Below are positions 1-21,235 of a DNA stretch of 64,000 nt, in pieces. Position 1 is the stretch's first letter. Each line of letters starts with the position of its first letter. Both the position numbers and the translations under genes were made by a program. The notes beneath the pieces are model-generated. The model had not been told where the DNA came from and made no database searches. It saw only the letters and a program-made list of their open reading frames with translations. This DNA is from the human T2T-CHM13v2.0 reference genome, Homo sapiens, in NCBI RefSeq assembly GCF_009914755.1, contig NC_060930.1, one strand, 5' to 3'.

Positions 1-82
1 GTAAATCCATTAACCCTCTTTCTTTTGTAAATAGCCCAGTCTTAGGTATGTCTTTATCAGCAGCAGGAAAATGGACTAATAC
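1..82 (+). mobile_element. 3' end of a THE1/MST (MaLR) LTR
   Basis: ...ggtatgtctttatcagcagcaggaaaatggactaatac resembles the THE1/MST LTR terminus. Confidence 0.75.
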
Positions 83-707
83 TCCCTTACAATACAATTT
101 GCTCTGATTAGGATAGTTAGGATAAAGGTCACCCTCAGGATGACTTGGATGGGAAAGATGGAGGGTTCGTTTGATCAGAAAGCCTGGGGGAAATGGCAAT
201 GCAGGCCAGGTTTGACTTGCATCCTTCAATCTCCCATCGCCCTCCCTAACCTGCTTCCTAGCCACTTCTCCCGTGGTCTCCCTTACCCATGCTGTCCTTC
301 GCTCCTGAAAGTTTGTAACCACTACACACTTCCTGGGCCTGTCCCTTTTGGAAGTGCCTCAGGCTTCAAAATTACTGTCACAACCAGCTTTTTAGTTGAG
401 TATTAAGATTATCTGACCAAGTTAACTCATTCTAACATGAATGATCACTAGAGAAGACGCAATTCAAAAGAAGGTCTTCGTAACCTAAAGGAAGCTCTAA
501 TTTGTGGATTTCATGGGGGAAATGTTACAGGGGCCCATGGCCAGGGTGGGGGTGAGTTACCTGGGTCAGGTGCTTACCTCTGGTCAATAAACTGAGGGCA
601 CCAGGAGCATGTGGCCCACAGGGCAGCTGGACCAGTGGGCCAGGGTGGGTTATTTTAAAAGGGAATATGGGTTGGGGCAGTGATTGGTATCACCTTTGTA
701 TGATTCT

Positions 708-2670
<1,963 letters not shown>

Positions 2671-2676
2671 TAGCCT

Positions 2677-2960
2677 TGGTGGGGCACAGTGGCTCATACC
2701 AGTAATCCCAGCACTTTGGGAGGCTGAGGTGGTGGATCAGTTGAGGGCAGGAGTTGGAGAACAGCCTAGCCAACATGGTGAAACCCCGTCTCTACTAAAA
2801 ATACAAAAATTAGCCAGGCACGATGGTGTGTGCCTGTAGTCCCAGCTACTCAGGAGGCTGAGATGGGAGGACGGCTTGAACCTGGGAGGCAGAGGTTGCA
2901 GTGAGCCGAGATCCTCTAGCCTGGGTGATGGAGAGAGACCCTCTCTAAAAAATAAAAAGA
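2677..2960 (+). mobile_element. Alu
   Basis: Alu dimer consensus with A-rich tail. Confidence 0.93.
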
Positions 2961-3034
2961 AATTAACTAGCATAGTTCTCATCTCATAAATCTCAACTAC
3001 ATAAATCACCTTAGATTTAGATATATAAGTGCAC

Positions 3035-3180
3035 ATTGGAGTCCCCTGAGGAAGCTTTAATAAACATACCATACTCTAGTTTCCCCCACCAGAAATTCTT
3101 ATGTAATCAGTCTGAGGTGCAGCTCAGGTCTTGGGAGTTTTTTAAAGCCCATCAGGTAATTCTAATATGCTGTTTAGGGG
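3035..3180. mobile_element. MER5-like DNA transposon remnant
   Basis: ...ccccaccagaaattctt...ttttaaagccc...caggtaattctaat resembles MER5A. Confidence 0.5.
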
Positions 3181-3549
3181 CAGACATGGTACATCATCAA
3201 GCAAAGTTAGGGGGACAGAGGAGCTGGATGGGGCCACTTTATGTAGCTCAGCCCCAGAGCTACACCAATTGACTACTAACAGTCTCTTAGTTCAATTGGT
3301 TGAGGGCCTTTATACTCTTCTAGCTGTACCTGCAAAGGAATATAGAGCAATTTAGCAACATAGGTGTGCTAAGTACACATGCAATAAAACTGAAATCAAA
3401 GGCACAGAGCTTTCGGGGGAAATAGAGATTCTTTGGATATGGGAATGGTGGGGTTTTGTTTAAACTATGGTGTTGGTGACAAATAGAGCTCTGGCTTATG
3501 TTTCATAATGTATGTAGTTGTTTCCATGCACTTATCATCATTTAGCTGA

Positions 3550-3845
3550 TTTTTTTTGTTTGTTTGTTTTTTGTTTTTGAGATGGAGTTTCGCTCTCGTT
3601 GCCCAGGCTGGAGTGCAATGGCTCTATCTTGGCTTACTGAAACCTCCGCCTCCCAGGTTCAAGTGATTCTCCTGCTCAGCCTCCCAAATAACTGGGATTA
3701 CAGGCTAATTTTTGTGTTTCTAGTAGAGACGGGGTTTCACCATGTTGGCCAGGCTGGTCTTGAACTCCTGACCTCAGGTGATCCACTCCCCTCGGCCTCC
3801 CAAAGTGCTAGGATTACAGGCGTGAGCCACTGCACCCAGGCCCAG
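3550..3845 (-). mobile_element. Alu
   Basis: Antisense Alu with T-rich tail. Confidence 0.93.
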
Positions 3846-4660
3846 CCCATTAGGCTGATTTTTGACAATTACTACTTTTTCTTCTGGGAAGTTGGGAGCG
3901 TACCACCCTCCCTCATTTTCCCCGCTTTTCCCAGCTCACAGCCAGGAAAAGAGGAATGGTCCCACTAAAGGGCTACTGGGTCTAAGTTTGGCCTCCTGCA
4001 GGGTGGGGAGGAGATGGGGCTGGGAAGACGACAGGGAGAGAAGTTCCTCTCCATCCTAGCTGAGGAAGCCACTGGGCCTGGGTGTAGGTGGTGTCACCAG
4101 ATATGATTTTGTCTGTGGTTCTTTCCTCTGTGCTGCTAGGAGCGGACAGTGACACTTCCCTCTTTGCTGAGGGGCAGCACCTCTTATCCACTCTGCCATG
4201 AGGGAAGTAAAGCAAACCAAAATGGCAATTTACCGTCGAGGCAAGGTTTTGTGCAATATTCATTCAATATCAATCTGGTGAGAGGCCAAAAGTACACTGA
4301 CATTTTTTGCATGGTAAACAAGGGCCATGTGACATTGTTCCAGCTTTTGCCATAGAGAACTACGCAAAAACTCCAATCCATTAAAAGATGCTAATTCCTT
4401 AAAGAGAATCCATTGATGATCACTTGAAAAAGATGGAACCAACCCTGCCATGTAGTTTCAAAAATAAGTTCCACCGTGCATACAGAGTTGCCATTTGGGA
4501 AGATGAAAAAATTCTGGAGAGGACTGTGGTGATGGTCTCACAACAATACGAACGTACCTCGTGCCACTGAACTGTACACTTTCAAATGGTTAACATAATA
4601 AGAAGGAAAAAAAATCCACATTGAAAACTAAAGGCATCCCATACTCAGAGTTAACACCAT

Positions 4661-4718
4661 CTTTAAATACATGATATTCAAACCGAAACCCTTTAAATAC
4701 ATGATATTCACACTGAAA
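4661..4718. repeat. Short tandem duplication, 30-bp period
   Basis: ctttaaatacatgatattca at 4661-4680 and 4691-4710. Confidence 0.85.
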
Positions 4719-4929
4719 GATACAGTCTTGTACGTGCAGGAGAGAAGGCGAGCGAGGGCATGGCAGGCAGGGCGTGTCTGTGCCACCACCAACACCAGAC
4801 TTTCCATTCGCAAACAGCTTGTCAGACTGGAACTCTTCCTTCGTTCAGCTGGTGTTTCGGTGCCAGACAATCAAAGGAAAAGGAGAGAGAAACCAGCGAA
4901 GCCCTAGAGAGACAGGGAGAAAGCCTCAA

Positions 4930-5300
4930 AGCAACGGAGACAGAGCCGGGCCCCACCGCACGGCTGGAGGGCCGCCCCCACACGGAGCTGCCCCAGCCCA
5001 GGGCCTGCGGGGCCGAGTCGCCTCCCGGCAGCTGAGTGGCAGCCTCGGCTGCGGACCCAGGCGCAGCTTCCCCCAGAGGCCGGCGCTATTAACTCCCGGG
5101 GCCTCCTGCGGCGGCGAGGCGGTGGCACGGCTCCTCCCGCTCCCTCGGCCTCCAGGTTCAATAAGGATTACATCATGGAGCAAGTATGCGGGGCAGCCTG
5201 AGAATCAAAGCCGTCAGCACCGGCGGCTGGTTAACTGTACTGTTGCTGAAACACATCCTTCCCACCCCCTCCCCGCGCCCCTCTCCCTGCCCCGGCCCTC
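4930..5300. promoter_or_regulatory. Isolated CpG island ~33 kb upstream of the NR2E1 ATG
   Basis: CpG-rich patch within repeat-rich, CpG-depleted DNA; no coding exon recognised. Confidence 0.7.
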
Positions 5301-6660
5301 TGCTTTTCGTACCATTAAGGATAGCATTATTGGGGAGAGGAAAATCTGATCAAAACTGTCGACCGCCAACGACAGATTTTCTATGGATTCTATAAAGGCC
5401 ACCTTAACGATTTCCCTAATTAATGGATGACATCTTTGGCTGAAGGAGAAACGATGGATTCGACTCTGTCTTCGTCTTTGTTAACCTTCTAATTAACTTT
5501 CGTAGGTCACCCAGGTCTCCCAAACCTGAAAAGTGAAGAGGCCCATTGTGCGAGGAGCAGTAAACTTACTTTTTCTGCTGGGGTACTTAAAAGGGAGAGC
5601 GGCTATAGGCCGAGAAAAATAACTCCATTTAAAAGCTTTGTGGCTGCAGAGAATACATAGGTCCCTCCCTTAGAAAATAATTGAAACACCTTTTATACCA
5701 ATATTTCTATGCATAATAAAAACAAATTAGCAAAATGCATCTAAATTCAGCAGCACTTTCAAATTACCTTTTTTGGAATGTAAGCCTCTGCAAGTCAACA
5801 AAAGGAGTTGGGTTTAGAGAGAAAATTGCAACTGCAACAGCTATCAGCCTTTATGCTGAGAGAGCAAGGAACTCGGATCCCTCCGAGTCAGGGCCGGGAA
5901 CTCGTATACCTCGGAGTTATCTCCCTGAGGAAATGCTCCAAAATACACTGCCCTTGCAGAAGCTGAGCTGTAAACTGCCTGAGGGACCTAAAGACTCTTC
6001 ACAAATGAGCAGGACTTTTTCTGGATAGAGTGATCTTTTGGGGTTCAGAAATATTTTAATGGTGTCAGTGAAAAACAAACTGCAGTGGAAAAGCCAGAAA
6101 ACGAGATAAAGCTCCACTGTGATCATAATATTGACAGAGCAGAGCAATTTATTTTAAAAAGTTAAAAAAAATTGAGTTTTATTTTTGGTAGATTTGCCAA
6201 ACTAGGCAGATGAGTTGTGGACACTGCTCTAGTTCCTTGGCATCTTTGAGGGCAATGTAAAGGAGATACTGAGGGAACAAACAGCAGGTGCCCGGCCTAA
6301 AGTGGAACCAAATGGAGAATCCTTTAAATAATTTTGCTAAAGGAGCACTCCTCTGAGATAACTTGCAAGGGAATGGGATTCCTAGCCCAAGGACAACAGC
6401 AGCTATTTGATCATTGTTTTCTGGTTGTAAACAAAATCAGAGCTAATTATCAAAAAGCACAAACCTTTAAATACTGTCAATATTGTAATTTTATAAATTA
6501 AATTATAATTTTATAAATTTAATTGCTACTATTTAATATTTTAATGCAATATTTTAATTGTGTCTATTCATTTTTCTATGTCCCCTCAAATTTTTACATA
6601 GTTCAGATTATATTCTACTTTTTGTTACTTTAATACCTTAATACCATATCATTAGCATTT

Positions 6661-7150
<490 letters not shown>

Positions 7151-7289
7151 CATCATTAGCATCTTCTGTTCCCTTTTTTTGTAAAAATGGGAACAAGATA
7201 CCTTTTGGGTCCACATACCCAGATTAAAGGTGGGGGCAACTTGATATCTATTTCTAGAAAGCTCTCTGTCACTTGTGGGGAAATAAGTG

Positions 7290-7720
7290 CTCTCGGGCAC
7301 TGCCGCAGGCATTTAAATTGCTACAATCTCTCTGGGCAATTTGGCATTATCTATCTTGGTAATTTTTGTAAATTTTGTAATCTTGCTTTGATGTAGCAAT
7401 TCCTCTCTGGGAATTTTCCCTAGAAGTATATACTTGCACATGTAGAAAATATTATATGTAGAAGGTTATTCTTTGCAGCATTGTTATAATAGTGAAAGAC
7501 TGAAAACAATCTAACTGTTCAACAGTAGGGAACTGGTTAAAGAAATATACTACATCCTCGACAGGACTGTTATGCTGCCATAAAAAATAGATGAGGGTGC
7601 TCGTTATGTACCAATTTGGAATAGTCTCCAAAATAGCCTGTTAGGTAACAAAGCAAGCAAACAAACAACAGCAACAAGGAGCAGAACATTGTGTAAAGTA
7701 CGTCACTATTGGTGGGGAAA
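7290..7720 (+). mobile_element. Old L1M 3' fragment
   Basis: gcagcattgttataatagtgaaagactgaaaacaatctaactgttcaacagtaggg is typical of ancient L1 3' ends. Confidence 0.6.
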
Positions 7721-7850
7721 GGTGGGATTTGACATAGAAATTTCCTAGTAGTAGTTGTTTTCAAGAAGACAATGGAGTGGCTGAGGAATAGCTGTGGGAG
7801 GGACACTTCACTATAACTTTCATATCTTTAGAATTTCATACTGTGTCAAT

Positions 7851-7990
7851 ACTGGTTAAGCATTCCTAATCCAAAAACCTTAAATCTGAAATGTTCCAAT
7901 GAACTTTTTTTTTTGAGGATCATGTCAGTGCTCAGAAAGTTTTGGACTTTGGAGCATTTCAGATTTTGGATTTTCAGATCAGAAATATTT
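7851..7990. mobile_element. MER46/Tigger-derived non-autonomous DNA transposon remnant
   Basis: Terminal inverted similarity: aatccaaaaa...aaatctgaaatgttccaa versus ttggagcatttcagattttggatt. Confidence 0.6.
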
Positions 7991-8756
7991 AATGTGTATA
8001 TTACCTATTCAAAAAATAAATTAACTCTTGAGCCCAGGAGTTTGAGACCAGCCTGGGCAACATAGCAGGACCCCGCCTCTAGAAAACAAAACAAACAAAA
8101 AAATGAGTTAAAACGTACATCTACATTTTTAAAAGAGAATGGGTTGCCATTTTCCAATGTGCTCTCTGCATAGCTCTGTACAATTCAAGGGTGGCCCAGT
8201 CTTAAAAGTGTCTTTGTTCATTTCCGTATACTAAATAGCTCATTTTAGACTTCTCGAAGTCTACCTGGGTTAAAAGACCCCTAAAATGGAAGGTACACAG
8301 TCACTCTCTCTTTGAAATTTTTAAATGTTTTATAACAAAAACAGAATAATGCATTCTGTGATTTAATTGTTCAAAATTAAAATTCAACAAACTGTTAATT
8401 CTGTATAAATAAAACATTCACAGGCTTCATCAGCACGTGCATCGGGACAAATGCTTTGGGCCTTGGAATTGTGAAAATATTTCCTAACATTTGAGATGTG
8501 CCAAGAAAGAGATAAAGAAATCAAATAAGATCTTGTATTATGCAAATTCTTCTTGCTCACAGGAGTCTGATTTACTTGTATCAATCAATGTAAGTGATTC
8601 ACACTTCATGAGCTATATTAAGTGATTGAACTAAAACCTAGGGCCAATATTATTCTCTCCCCACCCCTCAACCCAGGCTGTCTGTATAAATAGGATTGGA
8701 AATTACTAGGTTGAAGATATGAAATTAGTGTTGTGTCAGTGGTTCAATACCAGCAC

Positions 8757-9358
<602 letters not shown>

Positions 9359-9950
9359 CCAACAGCAGCAATTTTAAGATTCAACCTAATATTTCACATC
9401 ATCATGATGTTGTAGCCTGTAGCAGAGACACTGTTAGTTGCCTGTCCAACATCCGTTTTTCCCTTTTTCCCTGTTAGTACTTCCATTTAATTCCCATTTA
9501 GGAAGGTAGTAAATCTCACTTCAGCTAAATCATAGAAATGGAATTCCGACTTCTTTTGCCTGTGATGGGTTTAGATTTGGGCATGTGATAAAGTTCTAGG
9601 CCCTTGAGGTGTCATAAAAGACAGCCAGAGGTTTCTGGGAAAGGTTTTTCTTCCACTGGATATTTTCAGGTCTAGAATTCCAGCGGCCACCTTACCACTA
9701 CAAAGGCAGTAAGCGTACAGACAAAATGAGCGTGCTGAGGAGACACAGAAGAAAGGAAGTTGGGTCGCAATGATAGTACTGGGCTATTATATTAAACAAC
9801 TATGTAATCCCCCAAACTTGCACTTTTGCTGTGTGAAATAATAATTTTCCTTATGATTTAAGCCATTTTGAGTTGGTGTTCTATTATACATTTTCACCAC
9901 ATAAAGTAGTGTGAGGCTCAGGTAGTATTTTGTAAAAGCTCTTCAAGTGA

Positions 9951-10288
<338 letters not shown>

Positions 10289-10319
10289 CAAAATTATTTT
10301 AAATCATAAAAATAAATGC

Positions 10320-11799
<1,480 letters not shown>

Positions 11800-12069
11800 T
11801 TATAATTATTTAAAAGATCCCAAAATTACCATACAACTAAGAGCCAACTTTCAAAATTAAATATAACCAGTTTAATAGAAAGACTATTTTTTCTCTAATT
11901 AGATTTGGATTTTTGTAGTCATTTAAGCAAAATCAGTGAAGATTCTATCTCCCAGCAGACTATAAGTTTCATGAAGACAGGATCCACCTATGTGTCTTTG
12001 TGCCAGCATGTCCAAATGGATTACACATACAAATGAATGGATCTTGGTGTATCTTCTTAATGAGCACTT

Positions 12070-12250
12070 GTGGGCTTAGCCTCTAAAATTTAGGCCTCTG
12101 TTTATTTATCTGTAAAATGAGGTTAAAGCAGTAACTACCTTACAGGACAGATGTGAGAATTAAATAAGAGAATGGAGCTAAAGCTTTACGTAGTTCCTGG
12201 CATATAGTAAGAGTCAGTAAGAGGTAGTTATTGCCATTTTATTATGTAGC
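12070..12250 (+). mobile_element. MIR fragment
   Basis: Core tctgtaaaatgagg...gtgagaattaaataag...cctggcatatagtaag. Confidence 0.65.
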
Positions 12251-13340
12251 TATTATGATGATTGTATTTTGGGACTTTGTGTCAACTCATCACAAGAGAT
12301 AAGAAATTTCCTATCAGCTGGTGTGAGCAAATCTTGAGTGATTATTTTTAGAATATATAGTCATTATTATTACAAAATGGAAGAAAAAGGAATTAGCAAT
12401 TTTCAGATTTTGAAACAAAAAAATTGGAAATTGGAATTCAACAATCGTAAGATTTTACAAGTCTGTGAGTATGTGAAAAAAATCTAAAATATAGATTTGA
12501 ATTCCTATAAATGATTTAGTCTGAAATAGTTTTCTAAATTTCTACTGTTTTTTTTCAGTTACTCCATGAAGTTTAAATACCAAAGGCGTTTTTGTTAAAT
12601 GGTGAGCTTTCGGCCTGTGCTGCTTACAAGTGTTTGAGGGATGTCCCTCCTTCTCCCCAACCCTTGTATCCCTCAATCATCAGGCTATAAGATGTGCCTT
12701 ATTTGAGTTCAATGCTTTTCACTTTGCATGAAGTTTAACACATACTGATAGGACACAAATTGAGTTGACAACTGTTTGGGGTAGGTAGGGGTGTGTTAGA
12801 GGCCAGACTTTGGTCCTTCCATCTCACACAGAGAAAAGCAAGCGTAGGTAAGTGATTTACCCAAAATCATATAACTTGGTAAAGGGACTTTGAAAGGAAA
12901 ACTCAGGACAAGCCACTTTTTTTTCCTATTACTACAACACATAAAGCTCCTCTATCATATAACACACAGACAAACAAGGGACAACAAGCACCCCCTGCAA
13001 ACCATCTCCCAGCAGCCATGATGGCAAGTATTAGAAGAGACAAGCACAATGGGGAAAAGCGCAAGATTTTCAAGGAAGTTCTTCAAAGTTTCAATGCAGG
13101 TTTTGATCATTTATCTGGTCACAAGTTTTCATTAGATCAATATGCTTCAATTAGCCTTCTTGTTTGCTTTTGTGAGGAAGATACAATGGCTAGGGAAAAG
13201 CAGGGGAACGATGAGCGAGGAAGTGTTTTGCTGGAGAGATTAGACAATCTCTGCTAGAATCAATTCCATGTATTCACACCAAACCACCCACCTGACAAAA
13301 ATAGAGAGAGCAGAGGGCAGGATGGAAAGAAGAGTCTTCT

Positions 13341-13423
13341 CACCTGAGGTCAGGAGTTAGAGACCAGTCTGGCTAATATGGCGAAATCCTGTCTCTACTG
13401 GAAAAAAAAAAAAAAAAAAAAAA
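13341..13423 (+). mobile_element. Short Alu left-arm fragment with poly(A) and 15-bp TSD
   Basis: aaagaagagtcttct at 13326-13340 and 13421-13435 flanks cacctgaggtcaggag...tctctactgg(A)n. Confidence 0.9.
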
Positions 13424-14640
13424 GAAGAGTCTTCTAATTCCAGGCATGAATGGGGTGAGATATCACCAAACTGGGCCAGAAATAATGGATGGCAACCCCA
13501 CCATTGCACAACATCCCTGGTATCAGTTCCTTTTTCTTTGTTCTCAATATCAGTAAGACCCACTCACAAGGGGCAAGATTTCCTCCCAGTGTGAAAAAAC
13601 TTCCTAACAACTGAGAAGGTTGGATGTTTTCTCTGCTGAAAGGTTACATCTTGTTTATGGGTTGGAGTCTCTATTTTAAAAGTTCATGGGAAGAAGGACC
13701 CTGTGGAGAAGTGTTATTCCCCATTACCCCCAATTTAATCCTTTCATTCAATTCACATTTTTTCTTCCTCCTTTACCGTTTCTGGTTTCTCTCTTCTTTT
13801 CTCCCCTCCTTCCTCCTATTTTGCACCTCTATTTTTATTTCTCTTATCTATTCTTCCCTTCTCTTTCATCACATCAATCTTTAGTCGTATATTTAATGTT
13901 TCTCACCAAAGTGAGAAAGTCCTGCTTCTGAAACCCTAACTGCTCTGCTGGATAAAAGATGGGTTTAACATTAAGAACTGCAAGTGGTCCAGCATTCCTT
14001 CTCATATCAGCCACCAAACAAGGAAGCCCTATGTCTATCTAGAGATATTTTGTGGAGCTTAATTCAGAATACATGTAATTTACGTGTACATACATATTAA
14101 AGAATTTTCTGGATGTGGTAGAAACCTTTGAAGTCTCTTCTGCATGTTAATTTCTCTGCTAATCCAGATGCCTCTGCTCTTTGTGACATTAGAGAGGTCA
14201 CTGAGCACCATCCCGATAACCCTCCAGAAAACAATGACATGCCAGTGCAGAACCTTTTTTTTTTTTCTACTAACCATTTAGTATTCTTTTTTCTTTTCAA
14301 GAAAAGCCAGTCAAGTCCTAGGAGGTCTTATCACTAATACTAATTTCTCCCCAGCTCAGTCAATAGTTACCCTCCCCAGAGAAACTTACAAGTGTATCTG
14401 TTCACAGATTTACACATTTCCTATCTATGTAATTACTCTCTAGAAGGAACTACCTTGAGCTTCTGTGCCCCTAAACTGATCTTTCTGGCCTTTCCATAAT
14501 TATGTAGTCCAAAGAATCACAGCTTTTACAGATGAATTTGCCTCCTGATGTGGACTTCTAAGAGCTCTAACTAGAGCTAAACTGTCTATAGACGATAGGG
14601 GTTTGAAAGAAGACTGCAGCCTTTTAAGCTACATTGTTGA

Positions 14641-15032
<392 letters not shown>

Positions 15033-15147
15033 GAAAAAAATATTTTTGTTTTAGCAAAAATGTAAATGTAAAATTAATAAATTCTGGAGAAGAGCTAAAA
15101 TATTAAAACTTTCCATAAGTTTATAAAATTATGTGAATTTGTTACTA

Positions 15148-16165
<1,018 letters not shown>

Positions 16166-17125
16166 GAAGAAGAACATCATGGATAATTCTACCATCCAGA
16201 TAACTACTGCTCGTATTTTCTCCCAGTCCCTTGGTTATGCATATAATTTGAAATTTCTTTTAAAGATTTTCACTGTCCTGTTTTAAAGCAATCAATAATG
16301 TTTCATGCTGAGGCATGGCTCAATTTTCATAATAAAGGAGGAGATAGAGAGAGAGAGATCAAGAACCAGAAAGATTCAAATGTCTTGAAGGATTGGTAAA
16401 AGAAAGAAAGAAGAGGCAGGCAGCCAGATCCTCTCGCCTCCTTTCCCCTTGACTGCTGATACTGCCCCCCTACACCTTCTTCCCCTGGAGGCATTCCCCA
16501 AACCTTCAAATAGAACAAAAAAGCTGTTCCAGACCCAAAAAGCATCACGAGCCAGTCTACTATTATTCCTTGTGAGGAAAATATCAATGTATATGATGGC
16601 TAGGTAATTTCTGGATGTTTGCATTTCTATCACGACGTGTTTTTAGGCTTCTAAGAAATCATGAATATCTTTTTTCCCCAAATGATTTTTTTCAGTCCCC
16701 TGAAAACATATTTTACATTCTAACACGAAGATGACCATTATTCTGACCTCCTGGCCATCTAGTTATCACTCTGCATTAAGCCTTCTTCATATTTTTAGGA
16801 TTTTTGCAAGTTTGAGTAAATAACCCAGTTTCCAGAGTAGCTTGCATCACTGTGGCCTAGAACGTGAGACAATTACATGTATCCTCCTTTTCCTGTAATT
16901 CCGCAGAGGAAGAACACATGACCTATAGTACCTATAGTGCGCACTAGGCTACGCAAACAGAACAGTCTGTCAGCCTCCTAAGAGGATGCTCAATATCGCC
17001 TTGGGCCTCTTTTTACTGAAGTCTCTAAGCATGACAGTGCTGGGCTTCTTGATCATACTAACACTTTATCATGAGATAATTATAGCTCTGCCTTCTGTTT
17101 CCAGCGCTCTGGTGGATTAGGTACT

Positions 17126-18004
17126 ATGATGGTTAATTTTATGTGTCAATTTGGCTAGTTTATGGTGCCCAGTTGTTTGGCCAAACACCAGTCTAGATAC
17201 TGTTGTGAAGGTATTTTTTAGAAGTGGTTAACATTTATTTTTATTTTTAGAGTCATGATCTCAGTCTGTCACCCAGGCTGGAGTGCAGTGGTGCGATCAT
17301 GACTTACTGCAGCCTAAACTCCTGGGCTCAAGTGATCCTCCCACCTCAGCCTCCCAAGGAGCTGAGACCACAAGCTCACACCACCATCTTGGCTTATTTT
17401 ATTTATTTATTTATTTATGTATTTTACAGACAGGGTCTCAATATATTGCCCAGACTGATCTCAAACACCAGGGTTCAAGTGATCCTCTCACCTCAGCCTC
17501 CCGAGTTGTTGGGATTACATGCATGAGCCACTGTGCCTGGCTGCATATGGTTAACATTTAAAGTAGACTTTGAATAGAGCAGATTGCTCTCCACAATGTG
17601 GGTGGGCCTCATCCACACAGTTGAAGGCCTTAAAAGACTGAGGTCCCTAGAAGAGGAAGGAATTCTGCCTCCAGACTCAAACTGCAATATTAGCTTCATG
17701 TGAAATTTCCATCCTTCCTGCCTTGCTCTATAAATTTTGGACTTGCCAGCCCCCACAATTTCATGGGTCAATTCCTTAAAATAAATGTCTCTGTCTTTCT
17801 GTCTCTGTGTGTGTGTGTGTGTGTATATACATATATATATACACACACACATATATATGTGTATATATATATACACACACATACACAGACACACATACAT
17901 ATATGTGATAAATAGAAGATATACATATATCTTACATACGTATCTATCCTCTTTATCTATATATTCTATAGGTTCTGTTTCTTTGGAGAACTCTAACTAA
18001 TACA
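17126..18004 (+). mobile_element. MLT2-type (ERVL) LTR containing an antisense Alu (~17235-17543) and a TG/TA/CA microsatellite (~17805-17910)
   Basis: Starts tatgatggttaattttatgtgtcaa, ends ggttctgtttctttggagaactctaactaataca; Alu TSD tggttaacattta. Confidence 0.8.
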
Positions 18005-18284
18005 GACATACTGAATGACAATCTCAACGGACATAACTAAAATGCTGGGTAAAATATTTTTAAGATATCTTTTAAAATGCATCACTGAGCTGGCACAAAA
18101 GGGAGGGATTTTCATATCCCAAAAATAAATGAAAGCAGGAACCGTGGTAGGTAAGCATTTTCCAAATGCATTTTCCAAAAAGCACTTCCAGCTTTCACCC
18201 TGAAAGTTTCTGTCAGATTCTGGAGACCCTGAATCTCAACTCTGAGATGATGTTTAGGTATTGCCCAAGGTGGGGAACCTGTCA

Positions 18285-18707
<423 letters not shown>

Positions 18708-18895
18708 CTATCTTGTTGACAGGAAAGGAAGGACACGAAAAAAGATCTCCTCTAAGAATTTGAAACTATTAATACAAGGAGATCTCACACAGATTTTCTA
18801 TCTAGATCCACCATTTATGTAGTCCAAAAAAACCCTAATAATACAGTATTTCAATATAAAAGGACTCCACATTAGTAGTACAACCAGGTGACTTG

Positions 18896-19051
18896 ACTAG
18901 AAAGAGCAAATGCAAATCTTCACACAAGTTCATCTTTAACCTTAAACTCCAAGAATCCTCAGATAGAGTGCCAACTAGAAAGAGCAAATGCAAATCTTCA
19001 CACAAGTTCATCTTTAACCTTAAACTCCAAGAATCCTCAGATAGAGTGCCA
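18896..19051. repeat. Perfect 78-bp tandem duplication
   Basis: 18896-18973 is identical to 18974-19051. Confidence 0.97.
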
Positions 19052-19223
19052 AGGCAAAACCTAGGAGAAAACATGGCACCAGGAAGTGAACTAGAAGAGG
19101 CAAGCAGCAGACAACAAAAGTAGTCCCTCCGGGACATCAAATATTGGCATTTTTAGTTACCAAATACAAATATTACATGTTAATTAAATAACAGAGGAGC
19201 TTAAAATATTAGCAAGGAACTGA

Positions 19224-19617
<394 letters not shown>

Positions 19618-19944
19618 TAGGGAGGAGGGCCTTAAACAGCTGGTTAGACCCAGCAGAAGAGAGAATTAGTGAACTGGAAAACTGGCACAGACATTTTCCA
19701 GAATACATCCAGAATCAAAGAGATGGAAAATATGAAAGAGATGAGAGTTATAATTCACAATCAGGGTTCGTGAAGGAAATAATAGAGTAGGGAAGATAAA
19801 ATTTCCAAAGAGATAATAACGGAGAATTTTCCAAAATTGTAAATGACACCAACCTTCAGATTCAAGGAGCCAAGTGCATCTCCAGCAGAATAAATAAAAA
19901 GAAATCCACATGTAGAACTATGATTGTAAAAATGCAGCACTCCA

Positions 19945-21235
<1,291 letters not shown>

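Noticed and set aside
4661-4718. 20-bp direct repeat with a 10-bp spacer, as a CRISPR-like array
   Set aside because: Only two units with similar spacers in eukaryotic DNA; an ordinary local duplication.
18835-19140. ORFs containing a repeated 26-aa unit
   Set aside because: A by-product of the 78-bp duplication (a multiple of 3) in decayed L1 sequence.
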